Shown here piece by piece: positions 9,804-21,137 of a DNA stretch of 64,000 bases; the stretch's first letter is position 1, and the number at the start of each line of letters is the position of its first letter. The notes under the pieces are model-generated. The model was not told the origin of the DNA, ran no database searches, and saw only the letters and a list, made by a program, of their open reading frames with translations. The stretch spans positions 70,242-134,241 of the forward strand of contig WOZK01000030.1 of NCBI GenBank assembly GCA_011620275.1, in the 5' to 3' direction. Made by a program: the position numbers and the translations under genes. The DNA comes from Candidatus Omnitrophota bacterium (GTDB taxonomy: Bacteria > Omnitrophota > Gorgyraeia > Gygaellales > Profunditerraquicolaceae).

Positions 9804-11474
9804 TTAAGCCATCCCGCCGATCATCCGGTTGATCGCCTCCCCTGCCGGCACCATGGGGAAAACGTTCTCCTCCGGTTCAATGCGGAAATCTATCATCACC
9901 ACGTTGTCTATTTCTATGGCCTTCTCTATCGCCGGTCTCACTTCCTCTTTCTTGGTGACGCGTATGCCCTCGGCTCCGTAGCTTTTTGCCAGCTTCACGA
10001 AGTCCGGATTTAAAAGCGCGGTATGCGAATAACGACGCTTGTAGAAAAGCTCCTGCCACTGCCTGACCATACCAAGATAGCCGTTGTTCAATATCGCGAT
10101 TTTTACGTTGATCTTGTTGCTAACGCAGGTGGCGAGCTCTTGAATGTTCATCTGTATGGAGCCGTCCCCGGCTATGTCGAAAACTATCCTCTCCGGATAA
10201 GCGACTTTAACCCCCATCGCGGCCGGGAAACCGAACCCCATCGTGCCCAGGCCCCCGCTGGAGATAAAAGTCCGCGGATAATCGTATTTATACCACTGCG
10301 CCGCCCACATCTGATTCTGCCCAACCTCCGTGGAGATAAGCGCCTTACCCTTGCTGGCCGCGTCTATCTGCTCTATCACATACTGAGGCTTGATCCTGCC
10401 GCTTTCTTTATAGACCATTGGATACTTTTTCTTCCAGCCGTCCAAGGTTTTTAGCCATTCTCCGGTATCGGGACAAGATTTTAGCTCCTCCAGGAGCTGG
10501 CCCAGAACGTTCCTGGCGTCTCCCACCATCGGTATGTCCACCTTAACGTTTTTGCTTATGGAAGCCGGATCGATGTCTATATGTATTATCTTGGCCGAAG
10601 GTGCGAAAACGTCTATCCTGCCGGTGACCCTGTCGTCGAAACGCGCGCCCACTGCTATGATCAAATCGGACTCCATAATCGCGTGGTTTGCGTAAGCGGT
10701 GCCGTGCATACCGAGCATACCGAGGGAAAGCTTGTGCGTGGCCGGGAAACCCCCGATACCCATAAGGGTCCAGGTAACCGGCGCGTTTATCTTTTCCGCC
10801 AATTCCCGCAATTCATTGTGTGCCCCGGAAGTGATTACACCTCCTCCCGCGTAGATCAACGGCCTACGCGCGGAAGAGATCATCTTCGCGGCTTTTTTGA
10901 CCTGCCCTGGGTGCCCGAAAAGCGTGGGGCGGTAACTGCGGATACAAACCTGTTCGGGCCAGACGAACTCGCACTCCTGCTGCTGCACGTCAACCGGGAT
11001 ATCCACAAGCACCGGCCCCGGTCTGCCTGTGGAAGCGATCCAGAAAGCCTCCCGGATAATCAATGCCAGGTCTTTAACATCCTTCACGAGATAATTATGC
11101 TTGGTGATGGAACGTGTTATGCCGGTAACGTCCGCCTCCTGAAAAGCGTCGTTGCCGATCAGCGAAGTCTTCACCTGGCCGGTAATGGCGACCACGGGTA
11201 TGGAATCCATATAAGCCGTGGCCAGCCCGGTGGTCAGGTTGGTCGCCCCCGGCCCAGAAGTGGCCAGGCAGACGCCGGGCCTTCCTGTAGCGCGTGCGTA
11301 ACCGTCTGCCGCGTGCGCCGCCGCTTGTTCATGCCTGGTGAGCACGAATTTGAGACCGGCGTCGTAAAGGCTGTCGAATATCGGCAGAACGGAGCCGCCC
11401 GGATAACCGAAGATAACTCCGATATTCTCCCTTTTTAAACATTCAATCAGTATGTCCGCGCCCTTCATTTTCAT
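9804..11474 (-). CDS. ilvB: Acetolactate synthase large subunit (ThDP-dependent).
   Basis: '[14 protein letters not shown]', ThDP-binding '[14 protein letters not shown]' motif, 556 aa. Confidence 0.9.
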   Translation of the reverse strand: MKMKGADILIECLKRENIGVIFGYPGGSVLPIFDSLYDAGLKFVLTRHEQAAAHAADGYARATGRPGVCLATSGPGATNLTTGLATAYMDSIPVVAITGQVKTSLIGNDAFQEADVTGITRSITKHNYLVKDVKDLALIIREAFWIASTGRPGPVLVDIPVDVQQQECEFVWPEQVCIRSYRPTLFGHPGQVKKAAKMISSARRPLIYAGGGVITSGAHNELRELAEKINAPVTWTLMGIGGFPATHKLSLGMLGMHGTAYANHAIMESDLIIAVGARFDDRVTGRIDVFAPSAKIIHIDIDPASISKNVKVDIPMVGDARNVLGQLLEELKSCPDTGEWLKTLDGWKKKYPMVYKESGRIKPQYVIEQIDAASKGKALISTEVGQNQMWAAQWYKYDYPRTFISSGGLGTMGFGFPAAMGVKVAYPERIVFDIAGDGSIQMNIQELATCVSNKINVKIAILNNGYLGMVRQWQELFYKRRYSHTALLNPDFVKLAKSYGAEGIRVTKKEEVRPAIEKAIEIDNVVMIDFRIEPEENVFPMVPAGEAINRMIGGMA

Positions 11475-11513
11475 TGTAAAGCGTCCTTCTTCCTTCGTGC
11501 TTCGCCCTTCAGT

Positions 11514-13208
11514 CTATCGGCTATGGACTTTCTTCACTTTACCGCACACCTTATCGGCGGAAAGAACCGCGCCGCGGTCGGCAGAAAGAACCATAGCGGA
11601 ATATCTAGCAAGGTAACCTTTGGTTATCTTTGGAGGAACGGATTTCCAGCCGCGGAACCTTTTTGCGATCTCCGTCTTCGTCAACTTGACTTCCAGTTTC
11701 CTGGCCGGGATATCTATCTTTATTATATCATTCTCGCGGATAACGGCAATAGGCCCGCCGCTGGAAGCTTCAGGAGAAACATGCCCTATGCAGGGGCCTT
11801 TTGTCCCGCCGGAGAACCTTCCGTCGGTGATCAAAGCTACCGAATCCGCCAGTCCCATTCCGACTATGGCGGCCGTGGGCGCCAGCATTTCGCGCATACC
11901 GGGGCCGCCAGCCGGCCCTTCGTATCTGATAACGATCACTTCTCCACCCTTGATCTTCCCGCCGAGGATGGCCTTCATCGCTTCCTCTTCCCTCTCGAAG
12001 ACCCTGGCCCTACCCTCGAAACGCATCATCTTCGGGCCGACCGCGGCCTGTTTTACCACCGCTCCGTCCGGGGCGAGATTCCCGTAAAGAACCGCGATCC
12101 CACCTTCCTTATGATATGCCTTATCGAAAGGCCTGATGACTTCCTCATCGAGTATAGTGGCGCGGGAGGCTATACTATGGACCTTCTCACCGCTGACCGT
12201 GATAGTATTGTACAGTTTATCCCGGAGACGGCGCATTACCGCCGGTATCCCCCCGGCAAACTCCAGGTCTTCCATATAATGCGTGCCGGCCGGTTCGATA
12301 TTCGTGATGTGCGAAGTGCTCCTGCTGATACGGTCGAAAGACCGCAGATCCAGATTTATTCCGGCTTCCTGCGCGATCGCCATCAAATGGAGTACGGTAT
12401 TGGTGGAACCTCCGAGAGACATATCCACCATTATGGCGTTCTCCAGGGATTCCCGGGTAATGATATCGCGGGGACGGATGTTCTTGCGCACGAGATCCAC
12501 CACACGCTCACCGCTGGCCTGAGCGATGCGTCGCTTCTTGGCGGAGACTGCCAGTGCCGTCGCGCAACCCGGCATGGATATACCCATCGTCTCCAGCAAG
12601 CAAGCCATGGTATTGGCGGTGTATAACCCCTGGCAGGAACCGGCGCCGGGGCAAGCTTCCATTTCCAGGCACTCCAGCTCCGAAGGAGTAATCTCGCCCT
12701 TCTTGGCGCGGGCAAGCGCCTCGAAAGTATCGTGCACAAACGCTAGCTTGCGCGTCCCCAGCCTGCCGCTTAACATCGGCCCGGCGGTCACTACCACCGT
12801 GGGAATATTCAGCCTGACGGCAGCCATTAGCATGCCCGGAGTGATCTTATCGCAATTGGTCAAGCAGATCAGGCCGTCCAGCTGGTGCGCGTTGCAGACG
12901 GTTTCCACACTGTCGGCAACGAGCTCCCTGGACGCCAGAGGATAACACATCCCTAAATGTCCCATCGCGATCCCGTCGCAAATACCGGGTATGCCGAAGA
13001 AAAAAGGCACGCCGCCGCCATAACAAATACCTCTTTCGATATATCGCTCGAGGTCGCGCATACCGGAATGACCGGGGATGAGATCGGTAAAAGCAGTCGC
13101 TACCCCTATAAAAGGCCTGTCAAGATCTTTCCGGCTCAATCCCGTGCCGTGCAGCAAAGCGCGATGAGGTACTCTTTCCAAACCCTTCTTGATCATATCC
13201 GAACGCAT
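11514..13208 (-). CDS. ilvD: Dihydroxy-acid dehydratase.
   Basis: ILVD/EDD family: '[12 protein letters not shown]', '[22 protein letters not shown]', 564 aa. Confidence 0.9.
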   Translation of the reverse strand: MRSDMIKKGLERVPHRALLHGTGLSRKDLDRPFIGVATAFTDLIPGHSGMRDLERYIERGICYGGGVPFFFGIPGICDGIAMGHLGMCYPLASRELVADSVETVCNAHQLDGLICLTNCDKITPGMLMAAVRLNIPTVVVTAGPMLSGRLGTRKLAFVHDTFEALARAKKGEITPSELECLEMEACPGAGSCQGLYTANTMACLLETMGISMPGCATALAVSAKKRRIAQASGERVVDLVRKNIRPRDIITRESLENAIMVDMSLGGSTNTVLHLMAIAQEAGINLDLRSFDRISRSTSHITNIEPAGTHYMEDLEFAGGIPAVMRRLRDKLYNTITVSGEKVHSIASRATILDEEVIRPFDKAYHKEGGIAVLYGNLAPDGAVVKQAAVGPKMMRFEGRARVFEREEEAMKAILGGKIKGGEVIVIRYEGPAGGPGMREMLAPTAAIVGMGLADSVALITDGRFSGGTKGPCIGHVSPEASSGGPIAVIRENDIIKIDIPARKLEVKLTKTEIAKRFRGWKSVPPKITKGYLARYSAMVLSADRGAVLSADKVCGKVKKVHSR

Positions 13209-13377
13209 ATCGATCCCTCCTTAAATAAGCGGATAACTTACGGAACGCAGTGAATGAAAGTTATAGCCCGATGTTTCATGGCGTCCGCTAATTTAATCCT
13301 GCGAAGCATATAAAACTTATCGCAGAAATTCATATATTTTGCGCAGCAGGATTATATCCAATTTCTACAGGCAGAAC

Positions 13378-13450
13378 AATCGAGCAATAGGAATCTGACC
13401 GCAATCGCAACTCTCTATTTTTTATTGCCGATTGCTCCGTACGCTGTCAT
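13378..13450. repeat. Intergenic repeat element (copy 2, upstream of ilvD and downstream of the aldolase gene).
   Basis: 'accgcaatcgcaactctctattttttattgccgattgctccgtacgc' matches the copy at 9730-9800 in the core blocks. Confidence 0.4.
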
Positions 13451-13466
13451 ATTTGATGACAACGTA

Positions 13467-14819
13467 CTAATCCGCGCCTTCCCCGTCGTGCACTACCGCC
13501 TCGCGCTCCGTTCTCTTGCGCGAGATGACCCTTTTTAAGGTAATATATTTGTTGACCAGTTCCCTGTTGTTGACGTTGTTCAACTGCTTGAACAGAAATT
13601 CGAACTTGGCCTCGATCTCCGCGGCGATCGCGTCCTTTATTTCCTTAGGCAGGGCCATTATCTCTTTCTTAAAAGGGCCCAGCGCCTTTTTGCGGGCTTT
13701 ATAGAAAAACTGCTCCTCGGTCTCGCCTTCCTTGCGCTCCGAAGCGGCGTTAACTTTCAGCCATTCGTATATCTTCGTTTTCAATTCGGCGGGGAAATGC
13801 CTGCTGTCCAGTATCATATTCTGAAATTCGGTGGCAAGATGCACTTCCGCGGTCTCCGCGGCCGGGAAATTATGGAAGGCCTCGGCCGGCAAAGTGGACG
13901 CACCATGCTGGACCGCCCCCGCCAAGCCGAACTCTTCCCTGGCCAGCTTAGAAAGGGTCTTCAATGTATCGAAATCCAGCTTGACCTGGGCTATACTGCC
14001 GTCGGGTAAGACAACGCCTCCGTGCGAAGTCCCGGTCTGGACGCTGATCTTGCTGATCCCTTTGCGCCCCTTGCGCAGCCTCTCGCGGAACCCCTGCATG
14101 AACGCGCGCAGATCCTCGGGAGTAGAATTCTTGGCGCCGACCTCTCCGATCTCGCCGCCGACTGAAACCTCGATGCCTCGCGGCTGCACCTGCCTGATGT
14201 ACTGGGTGAGACGCGCGCAAACGTCGTAATTATTGAACTGCTGTTTACGCACTTCCGGCTTGGAAAGATCTACAAGCGTGGAAGAGTCGATATCTATGTT
14301 ATAGAAGCCGGCCTCCACGGCTTCGGCTATAAGCGCCTTTAGGCTCCCCATTTCTTTCTCCGCGTCCTCTTTGAATTTCTTGGCGTTGACCTGAAAATGG
14401 TCTCCCTGCACAAAAACCGGTCCTTTATACCCTTCTTTGATCGCCGCCGCCAGGATCACCGCCGAGTATTCAACCGGGGGCTGCGCCGTGTATCCCATCT
14501 CCGACTTGGCGATCTCGAAAATGAAAGCCCCGGAATTATTCCTTATTGCCGTCCTGAACATCGCCCTGGCCAGGTCATAGGTCATACTGCGCAGGTTCAC
14601 GGCCGGGACGGTGAACCCGGAAAACTCGCCTTTGCCGCGGGCTTCGTAAAGCCCCTCTATACTGGAAAGATAAACGCCTTTTTTATAAGCCAGGGCCCTG
14701 ATCTTTTCCGCCAACGCCTTCTTCGCCGCCGCGTCCTCGCTGTTGACCAGTTCCATTACGATCTTGTCGATATCCTGCGGTTTTCTGCCCATTTCCAATT
14801 CTCCTTCCCTTGCTATCAC
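13467..14819 (-). CDS. Class II fructose-/ketose-bisphosphate aldolase (long form).
   Basis: 'GFTVPAVN', 'VQGDHFQ', 'SVGGEIGEVG', 'QTGTSHGG' and 'AVQHGAST' match class II aldolase metal- and substrate-binding motifs. 450 aa. Confidence 0.75.
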   Translation of the reverse strand: MIAREGELEMGRKPQDIDKIVMELVNSEDAAAKKALAEKIRALAYKKGVYLSSIEGLYEARGKGEFSGFTVPAVNLRSMTYDLARAMFRTAIRNNSGAFIFEIAKSEMGYTAQPPVEYSAVILAAAIKEGYKGPVFVQGDHFQVNAKKFKEDAEKEMGSLKALIAEAVEAGFYNIDIDSSTLVDLSKPEVRKQQFNNYDVCARLTQYIRQVQPRGIEVSVGGEIGEVGAKNSTPEDLRAFMQGFRERLRKGRKGISKISVQTGTSHGGVVLPDGSIAQVKLDFDTLKTLSKLAREEFGLAGAVQHGASTLPAEAFHNFPAAETAEVHLATEFQNMILDSRHFPAELKTKIYEWLKVNAASERKEGETEEQFFYKARKKALGPFKKEIMALPKEIKDAIAAEIEAKFEFLFKQLNNVNNRELVNKYITLKRVISRKRTEREAVVHDGEGAD

Positions 14820-14883
14820 CCGGTACTTTATAAGAACGCGGGCTATAGTCCGTGTTCATCAAGTTTATGAATAATGTTGTCTT

Positions 14884-15843
14884 TCAAGTCAAAAGCTTCA
14901 ACAGGCGATAGAGCCCGGCGGTCTTGAATTCCTTCTTGCTCACCGCTGTTTCCAGGTCAACCTCGTTCAGATTATCCGAGGTCACTCCGACTGCCTTGCC
15001 GGCGTGGCCCTGCACCAGTAGATTCACTGCTTCAGAGCCCAGCCTGCTGGCCAATATGCGGTCCCTGGCTGAGGGTGATCCCCCGCGCTGCACGTGTCCG
15101 AGCACCACTACGCGAGTCTCAAGATCCGTCATCGCTGTTATGCGGCCGGCGATATCGCCGGCACTGCCGACGCCTTCCGCGACAATGATTATCCAGCTGA
15201 TCTTGCCGCGGATGTTCCCTTCCACGATCTCGTGGCACATAGAGTGAAAATCGAACTGTCCCTCCGGAATCAAAGCCTCCTCCGCGCCGCTGCCCAGCGC
15301 CACCTGAAGACAGATATAACCGGAGTCCCTGCCCATTACCTCCACAACAAAAATACGCTCCATACTGGTGGCCGTATCGCGGATCTTATCGATCGCCTCC
15401 ATGGCAGTGTTGACCGCGCTGTCGGCGCCGATGGTCTCGTCGGTACCGTTTATGTCGTTATCTATGGTGCACGGTACGCCGATACACGGCACGCCCCATT
15501 TACGCGCCAAAGCCATACCGCCGTGATAGGTGCCGTTGCCTCCCAAGATGACCAGACCGTCTATTTCATATTTCTTAAGCGTCTCCACGGCGCGTTTCTG
15601 CCCGTCTTCCGAAAAGAATTCCGGGCAGCGCGCGGTCTTCAAGATCGTACCGCCCCTGTTTATGATGTTTGAAACCGACCGGCGGTCCAACGGTTTCAAT
15701 TCTTCGTTGATCAAACCGCTGTAGCCGCGGAATATACCGTAAACCTCCAGTTTGTGCGCCGACGCCGACCTGACCACGCTGCGTATAGCCGCGTTCATCC
15801 CGGGCGCGTCGCCTCCTGAAGTCAATACGCCGATCCTTTTCAA
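14884..15843 (-). CDS. pfkA: ATP-dependent 6-phosphofructokinase.
   Basis: '[18 protein letters not shown]', 'GGNGTYHGG', 'PCTIDNDI', 319 aa. Confidence 0.9.
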   Translation of the reverse strand: MKRIGVLTSGGDAPGMNAAIRSVVRSASAHKLEVYGIFRGYSGLINEELKPLDRRSVSNIINRGGTILKTARCPEFFSEDGQKRAVETLKKYEIDGLVILGGNGTYHGGMALARKWGVPCIGVPCTIDNDINGTDETIGADSAVNTAMEAIDKIRDTATSMERIFVVEVMGRDSGYICLQVALGSGAEEALIPEGQFDFHSMCHEIVEGNIRGKISWIIIVAEGVGSAGDIAGRITAMTDLETRVVVLGHVQRGGSPSARDRILASRLGSEAVNLLVQGHAGKAVGVTSDNLNEVDLETAVSKKEFKTAGLYRLLKLLT

Positions 15844-17099
15844 GTGCCCATCTCCCAGCTGGCGAGATATTTCTTTTGTTCGGTGGTAAGCGTATCGATC
15901 TTTATCCCCATACTCTTGAGTTTCAGGACGGCGATACCGCTGTCTATTTCATACGGCACTCTATAGACCTGGTGCTGCAGCTTGCCGTGGTTTACGGCGA
16001 TGTATTCGAGCGAAAGCGCCTGGTTGGCGAAAGACATATCCATCACGTGCGCAGGGTGGCCTTCCGCGGCGGCGAGATTAATCAAACGCCCCTCCCCAAG
16101 GATATACACCCTTCTACCGCTCTTCAACGTGTATTCTTCCACCGAGTCCCTGATCACCCTCGGCTTGCCGGATATCCCACGCAGGCCGGCGATGTCTATC
16201 TCGACGTTAAAATGGCCGGAATTGGCCACGATGGCCCCGTCTTTCATCAGCTTGAAATGCTCTTTCCTAATCACATTGATGTCGCCGGTTACCGTAACGA
16301 AAATGTCACCTTTGACTGCGGCGTCTTTTATCGGCATTACTTCATATCCGTCCATCACCGCTTCCAGCGCCTTTAAAGGATCGACCTCGCAGACTACCAC
16401 TTTGGCCGCCATCCCCTTGGCGCGCATCGCCACGCCTCTGCCGCACCAGCCGTATCCGCAGACCACGAGGGTCGCGCCTGCCAGCAGTTTATTGGTGGCC
16501 CTGATGATACCATCTAAAGTGGACTGCCCCGTTCCATAACGGTTATCGAAGAGGTGTTTAGTGTCGGCGTCGTTCACCGCAATTATGGGATAACGCAGCT
16601 TATTCTGGTTGGCCAACGCCCTCAGCCTAATGACTCCGGTAGTAGTCTCCTCCGTGCCGCCCACAACCGGTTTCTTCATATAACGTCCCGGATTCTGGTG
16701 GATGGTAGAGACCAGGTCCGCTCCGTCGTCCATGGTGACGTCCGGCTGCGCTGCAAGCACGGCTTCTATGTGCCTGTAATAAGTTTTCGTATCCTCGCCC
16801 TTAACGGAAAAGACCGGTATCCCGAGGTGCTTCACCAGGGAAGCGGCGACATCGTCCTGCGTGGAAAGCGGATTCGAGGCGCACAGGGAAACCTGCGCTC
16901 CTCCGGCCTTCACCACCTCCATCAATACCGCGGTCTCGGTGGTAACATGCAGACAACAGGCGACCTTCAGGCCCTTCAAAGGCCTCTCTCTGGAAAAACG
17001 CTCCGCGATCAACCCGAGAACAGGCATATTGTTGCGCGCCCATTCAATACGCAAAGCACCCCTGGAAGACAATTTTATATCTTTGACATCATAATTCAT
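15840..17099 (-). CDS. ahcY: Adenosylhomocysteinase.
   Basis: SAHH similarity throughout, with an NAD-binding '[11 protein letters not shown]'. 419 aa. Confidence 0.9.
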   Translation of the reverse strand: MNYDVKDIKLSSRGALRIEWARNNMPVLGLIAERFSRERPLKGLKVACCLHVTTETAVLMEVVKAGGAQVSLCASNPLSTQDDVAASLVKHLGIPVFSVKGEDTKTYYRHIEAVLAAQPDVTMDDGADLVSTIHQNPGRYMKKPVVGGTEETTTGVIRLRALANQNKLRYPIIAVNDADTKHLFDNRYGTGQSTLDGIIRATNKLLAGATLVVCGYGWCGRGVAMRAKGMAAKVVVCEVDPLKALEAVMDGYEVMPIKDAAVKGDIFVTVTGDINVIRKEHFKLMKDGAIVANSGHFNVEIDIAGLRGISGKPRVIRDSVEEYTLKSGRRVYILGEGRLINLAAAEGHPAHVMDMSFANQALSLEYIAVNHGKLQHQVYRVPYEIDSGIAVLKLKSMGIKIDTLTTEQKKYLASWEMGT

Positions 17100-17136
17100 T
17101 CTGATCGGCTCCCTGATGGTTGCGGTCCAAACGCGG

Positions 17137-18309
17137 TTAAATTTTCTTGCCGGCGGCTTTTTTGAGCACCGGAGCTTTGTCGGTACTTTCCCAGCTGAAC
17201 TCCGGTTCCGTTCTTCCGAAATGCCCGTAGCAGGCTGTCTTGATGTATATCGGCCTCAACAGATCGAGACTCTTTATCATCCCTTTCGGCATCAATTCGA
17301 AGTTCTCCCAGATCAATTTCACGAATTCCTGCTCCGAAAGCTTTCCGGTGCCGAAACAATCCACCATTACCGCCAGCGGTTCAGCCTTGCCGATAACGTA
17401 AGCCAGATGCACCTGGCATTTGTCCGCCAGGCCGGCGGCGACTATGTTCTTGGCGATGTAGCGGCACATATAAGCCGCCGAACGATCAACCTTGGTCGGA
17501 TCCTTGCCGGAGAAAGCCCCGCCGCCGGGAGAAACCACGCCGCCGTAAGTGTCCACGACGATCTTCCTTCCGGTCATGCCTGTATCCGACTGCGGCCCTC
17601 CGACCACGAATTTCCCGGTCTCATTGACATAGAACTTGGTGTCTTTATCTATGAAATCCTTGACCACCGGCCTGCCTATAACCTCTATTATTTCCTCTTT
17701 GGCCTTCTTGGTAATAAACTCTCCACTTGTATCCAGGATATCCTCGGTATGCTGGCATGCCAGGACCACCGAATCCAGCCTTTTCGGATGCCCGTCGTGA
17801 TATTCAACCGTAACCTGCGATTTACCGTCCGGGCCGAGATATTTCAGCGTCCCGTCCTTGCGCACCTTTGCCATGCGCGCCACCAGCTTATGCGAAAGCA
17901 TAAGCGATAAAGGCATCAATTCCTCCGTCTCGCGGCAGGCGTAACCGGTCATGAATCCCTGGTCACCGGCGCCGCCCCTGTCGACCCCCTGGGCGATGTC
18001 CGGCGACTGGGTATGTATGGTATTGATGACCGCGCAAGTCTGATAGTCGAAGCCGTACTTCGGATGTGTATAACCTATATTCTTAAGCACGGTTCGGGTA
18101 AGATTGTGGACATCCACGTAGCTTGTCGTGGTGATCTCCCCGCCGACTATCAAAAGCCCCATGGTAACGTATGTTTCGCAGGCGACCCTTCCGTAAGGAT
18201 CGTGCTTCAACACATCGTCAAGCACGGCGTCCGATATCTGGTCGCAGACTTTATCCGGGTGCCCTTCGGCTACCGATTCCGAGGTAAAATAATGCTTGCG
18301 CGGATTCAT
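17137..18309 (-). CDS. metK: S-adenosylmethionine synthetase.
   Basis: '[24 protein letters not shown]' and '[19 protein letters not shown]' signatures. 390 aa. Confidence 0.95.
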   Translation of the reverse strand: MNPRKHYFTSESVAEGHPDKVCDQISDAVLDDVLKHDPYGRVACETYVTMGLLIVGGEITTTSYVDVHNLTRTVLKNIGYTHPKYGFDYQTCAVINTIHTQSPDIAQGVDRGGAGDQGFMTGYACRETEELMPLSLMLSHKLVARMAKVRKDGTLKYLGPDGKSQVTVEYHDGHPKRLDSVVLACQHTEDILDTSGEFITKKAKEEIIEVIGRPVVKDFIDKDTKFYVNETGKFVVGGPQSDTGMTGRKIVVDTYGGVVSPGGGAFSGKDPTKVDRSAAYMCRYIAKNIVAAGLADKCQVHLAYVIGKAEPLAVMVDCFGTGKLSEQEFVKLIWENFELMPKGMIKSLDLLRPIYIKTACYGHFGRTEPEFSWESTDKAPVLKKAAGKKI

Positions 18310-18363
18310 CCCTTTTCCCCTTTCGATTACTTTAACGTTATATGTATATTTACCCGGTCACGC

Positions 18364-19107
18364 TCACTTCCCGGCGGCGCGGAAATACGCATCAGCTTCC
18401 CTGTAAGAATCATGATGCCCTATATCATACCAGCGGCCGCCGAAAACAAAACAAAAAACATCCTCTTTTCTTCTCAACCACTCTATGAAGAAACCTACGG
18501 CGTCTTTTTTATTGCCCTCTTTAAGATACTCATCCACCAGGCCCAGCTTGAAGCCGGGAAGGTAATAAAGGCACATCCCGACCAGCGCCGAGGCAGGATG
18601 TGCCGGTTTTTCTTGAAAATCTACCACCCTGCCCGAATCCAGGCTGACAACGCCGTATTTCCCGGCTTTTCTACTGTCTTTGATATCGTAGGCCCCGATG
18701 ACGACGGCCGGAGATTTACTGAAAGAGAAAACGGCGAATTCCTCGAGTCCGGAGTCGAAAAGATTATCCCCCCCGATCACAAGCAGGTCTTCCGTGATAC
18801 CCTTGCTGCCGATCACAAAATGCAGATCGCCTATGGCCCCCCTGCGCAATTCCGGGGTGGAGGTCAAATCGTCCACCACCGTTACCCGAAGGCCTCCGCT
18901 ACGCCTCTTAGCCCATCTCTCGAACAAAGAAGCGAATTTGCTGTTGGTGACCACAATGATCTCGTCCACGCCGCGTAGCGCCTCGATCTTGGCGGCGATA
19001 TGATCTATGATCGGCTTGCCGGCAACGGGAAGCAGCGGTTTGGGATAATTCCTGGTCAACGGATACAGCCGCGTGGCGTAACCGGCGGCTAATATAAGCG
19101 CTTTCAT
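18364..19107 (-). CDS. Sugar-phosphate nucleotidyltransferase (NTP_transferase family).
   Basis: 'ALILAAGYATRLYPLTRNYPKPLLPVAGKPIIDH' (the G-x-G-T-R-L motif). 247 aa. Confidence 0.7.
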   Translation of the reverse strand: MKALILAAGYATRLYPLTRNYPKPLLPVAGKPIIDHIAAKIEALRGVDEIIVVTNSKFASLFERWAKRRSGGLRVTVVDDLTSTPELRRGAIGDLHFVIGSKGITEDLLVIGGDNLFDSGLEEFAVFSFSKSPAVVIGAYDIKDSRKAGKYGVVSLDSGRVVDFQEKPAHPASALVGMCLYYLPGFKLGLVDEYLKEGNKKDAVGFFIEWLRRKEDVFCFVFGGRWYDIGHHDSYREADAYFRAAGK

Positions 19108-19117
19108 TTTCTCCTGG

Positions 19118-20848
19118 CTATCCGGTTATTTCCCGCAACTTCTTTTGGCCGAATTCCTCCACTTCCCTGCCGGTGGAAAGGCTGAGAACTCTCCTGGCGA
19201 ATTCCTTCGCTTCATCGAGGTTCAAAGAACGTATTATGTATTTTACCTCGGGGATGCCCAAAGAAGGCATACTGAATTCATCCAGCCCTAACCCCAACAA
19301 TAAAGGAACGAACGCGGGATCGCCGGCCATTTCCCCGCACATGCCGACTTTTATGCCGCGCTCATGGGCGGCGCTGATGACGCTCTGTATCATACGCAGC
19401 ACCGCCGGGTGGCTGGGTTCATAAAGATAGGCGACCTTCTCGTTCGTGCGGTCCACCGCCAGGGAATACTGGATCAGATCGTTCGTTCCTATGCTGAAGA
19501 AGTCGGCTTCTCTGGAAAGCAGGTCGGCGGTGATCGCCGCGGACGGCACCTCGATCATAACACCCACTTCTATATTATCGCTGAACGGCGCGCCTTCGCT
19601 CTTAAGTTCGTCCCTGGCTTCCTGCAAAATCCTGTTAGCCTGCCTAAGTTCTTCTATGCCGGAGATCATCGGATACATCAACCGAAGACTGCCGTGCACC
19701 GAGGCCCGCAGTATGGCGCGCAATTGGACCTTGAATATGTCCGTCCTGGCGAGACAGAAGCGTATAGCCCTCCAGCCCAGGAAAGGCTGCATTTCGCGCG
19801 GGATCGCGAACTGCGAAAGGAATTTGTCGCCTCCCAGATCGATAGTGCGGATCGTCACCGGATAAGGCTTCATCTCCTCGGCCACATATTTATATGCCTG
19901 GTAATGTTCCTCCTCGGAAGGCAGGTCTTTCCTGTTCATATAAAAAAACTCGGTCCTGTAAAGCCCTATGCCCTTTGCCCCGTGGGCCTTCACCGCGGGG
20001 ATCTCTTCCGGGAGCTCTATATTGGCGTGTATCTCGACGCACTTGCCGTCCTGCGTGACCGCATCGAGATCCTTGACGGACAGAAATTTCTCTCCGATCC
20101 CCTGCAGTTTACGGAACTCTTCCTGATACTCGGCGAGAGTGTCCTGGTCCGGTTCGAGGATGACGATACCGGTGCTTCCGTCTACGATAAGCATATCGCC
20201 GTTCTTTATCTTTGACGTCGCCGTTTCTGTCCCGACGACCGCCGGGATCTCCAGCGATTTTGCCATGATGGCGGTATGCGACGTCTTCCCGCCGATGTCC
20301 GTCACGAACGCGCTGACGTTTTGCTTGTGCATGGCGGCGGTGTCCGAAGGGGAAAGGTCGTGCGCCACCACTATGACCTTTTCCGTAAGCCCTTCCAGCC
20401 ATTTGCCCTTCTTGCCGAGCAAGTTGCGCATTACGCGCTTGCTGACGTCGTTTATATCGGAAATGCGCTCCTTTATGTATTCGTCTTCTATGCGGGAGAA
20501 AACCTCGACGTATTTCTTCATCACCTCGAAAAAGATGAAGGCGACGTTGAAACGTTCTTTTTTCAGGCGGGAGATCACCTCTTCAATGAGCATACGGTCT
20601 TCGAGCACCAGCAGGTGCGCGTCGAATATCTGCGCCTGCTCCTGTCCCATGTCGACGGCGATCCGCTTCTGCAGCTCTATGATTTCCTTGCGGGTCTTGA
20701 TCAGGGCCTCTTCGAAGAGCTGTATCTCATAGGGGATATCCTGCTGGGATATCTCCTTTTTTGGAATATCGAACTCTTCCTTGCCTATCCTGTAGGCCTT
20801 GCCCACCACAATCCCGGGAGCTGCGGCTATTCCTTGAAGCTTTATCAT
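19118..20848 (-). CDS. ptsI: Phosphoenolpyruvate-protein phosphotransferase (PTS Enzyme I).
   Basis: 'GGKTSHTAIMAKSLEIPAVVG' with the active-site His, and a PEP-utilising C-terminal domain 'GMCGEMAGDP'. 576 aa. Confidence 0.9.
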   Translation of the reverse strand: MIKLQGIAAAPGIVVGKAYRIGKEEFDIPKKEISQQDIPYEIQLFEEALIKTRKEIIELQKRIAVDMGQEQAQIFDAHLLVLEDRMLIEEVISRLKKERFNVAFIFFEVMKKYVEVFSRIEDEYIKERISDINDVSKRVMRNLLGKKGKWLEGLTEKVIVVAHDLSPSDTAAMHKQNVSAFVTDIGGKTSHTAIMAKSLEIPAVVGTETATSKIKNGDMLIVDGSTGIVILEPDQDTLAEYQEEFRKLQGIGEKFLSVKDLDAVTQDGKCVEIHANIELPEEIPAVKAHGAKGIGLYRTEFFYMNRKDLPSEEEHYQAYKYVAEEMKPYPVTIRTIDLGGDKFLSQFAIPREMQPFLGWRAIRFCLARTDIFKVQLRAILRASVHGSLRLMYPMISGIEELRQANRILQEARDELKSEGAPFSDNIEVGVMIEVPSAAITADLLSREADFFSIGTNDLIQYSLAVDRTNEKVAYLYEPSHPAVLRMIQSVISAAHERGIKVGMCGEMAGDPAFVPLLLGLGLDEFSMPSLGIPEVKYIIRSLNLDEAKEFARRVLSLSTGREVEEFGQKKLREITG

Positions 20849-20852
20849 CTCG

Positions 20853-21125
20853 CTATTCCTCGGTGTTTACTATCTTTTCCAGCTCGTTTAAAGCGTTCTC
20901 CGCGTCGTCGCCGTCAACCTCGATAATGATCTGCGTGCCGTTCTCAGCGCCCAGCATCAGGATGCCCATTATGGATTTACCGTTAACGGTCTCTTGGTCC
21001 CTGCGTACCGTCACGTGAGAATTGAACTTGTTGGCTACCTGAACGAACAAAGCCGCGGGGCGAGCATGCAGCCCCTGTTTGTTCTTTACGGTAAGTTTTT
21101 TCTTTAAGTGTGCCATGTTTATCAT
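20853..21125 (-). CDS. ptsH: Phosphocarrier protein HPr.
   Basis: 'KNKQGLHARPAALFV' with the His15 region. The likely true start is the internal 'MAHLKKK'. Confidence 0.8.
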   Translation of the reverse strand: MINMAHLKKKLTVKNKQGLHARPAALFVQVANKFNSHVTVRRDQETVNGKSIMGILMLGAENGTQIIIEVDGDDAENALNELEKIVNTEE

Positions 21126-21137
21126 CCCCGCAGCCGC

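Noticed and set aside
11523-12626. 367-aa plus-strand ORF inside ilvD, and similar long antisense ORFs such as 1186-1749, 10581-11438, 17116-17910, 18013-18978, 19364-20215 and 26839-27828.
   Set aside because: All lie antisense to strongly supported conserved genes in GC-rich DNA. The translations are Arg/Pro/Gly-rich with no recognisable domains. Shadow ORFs.
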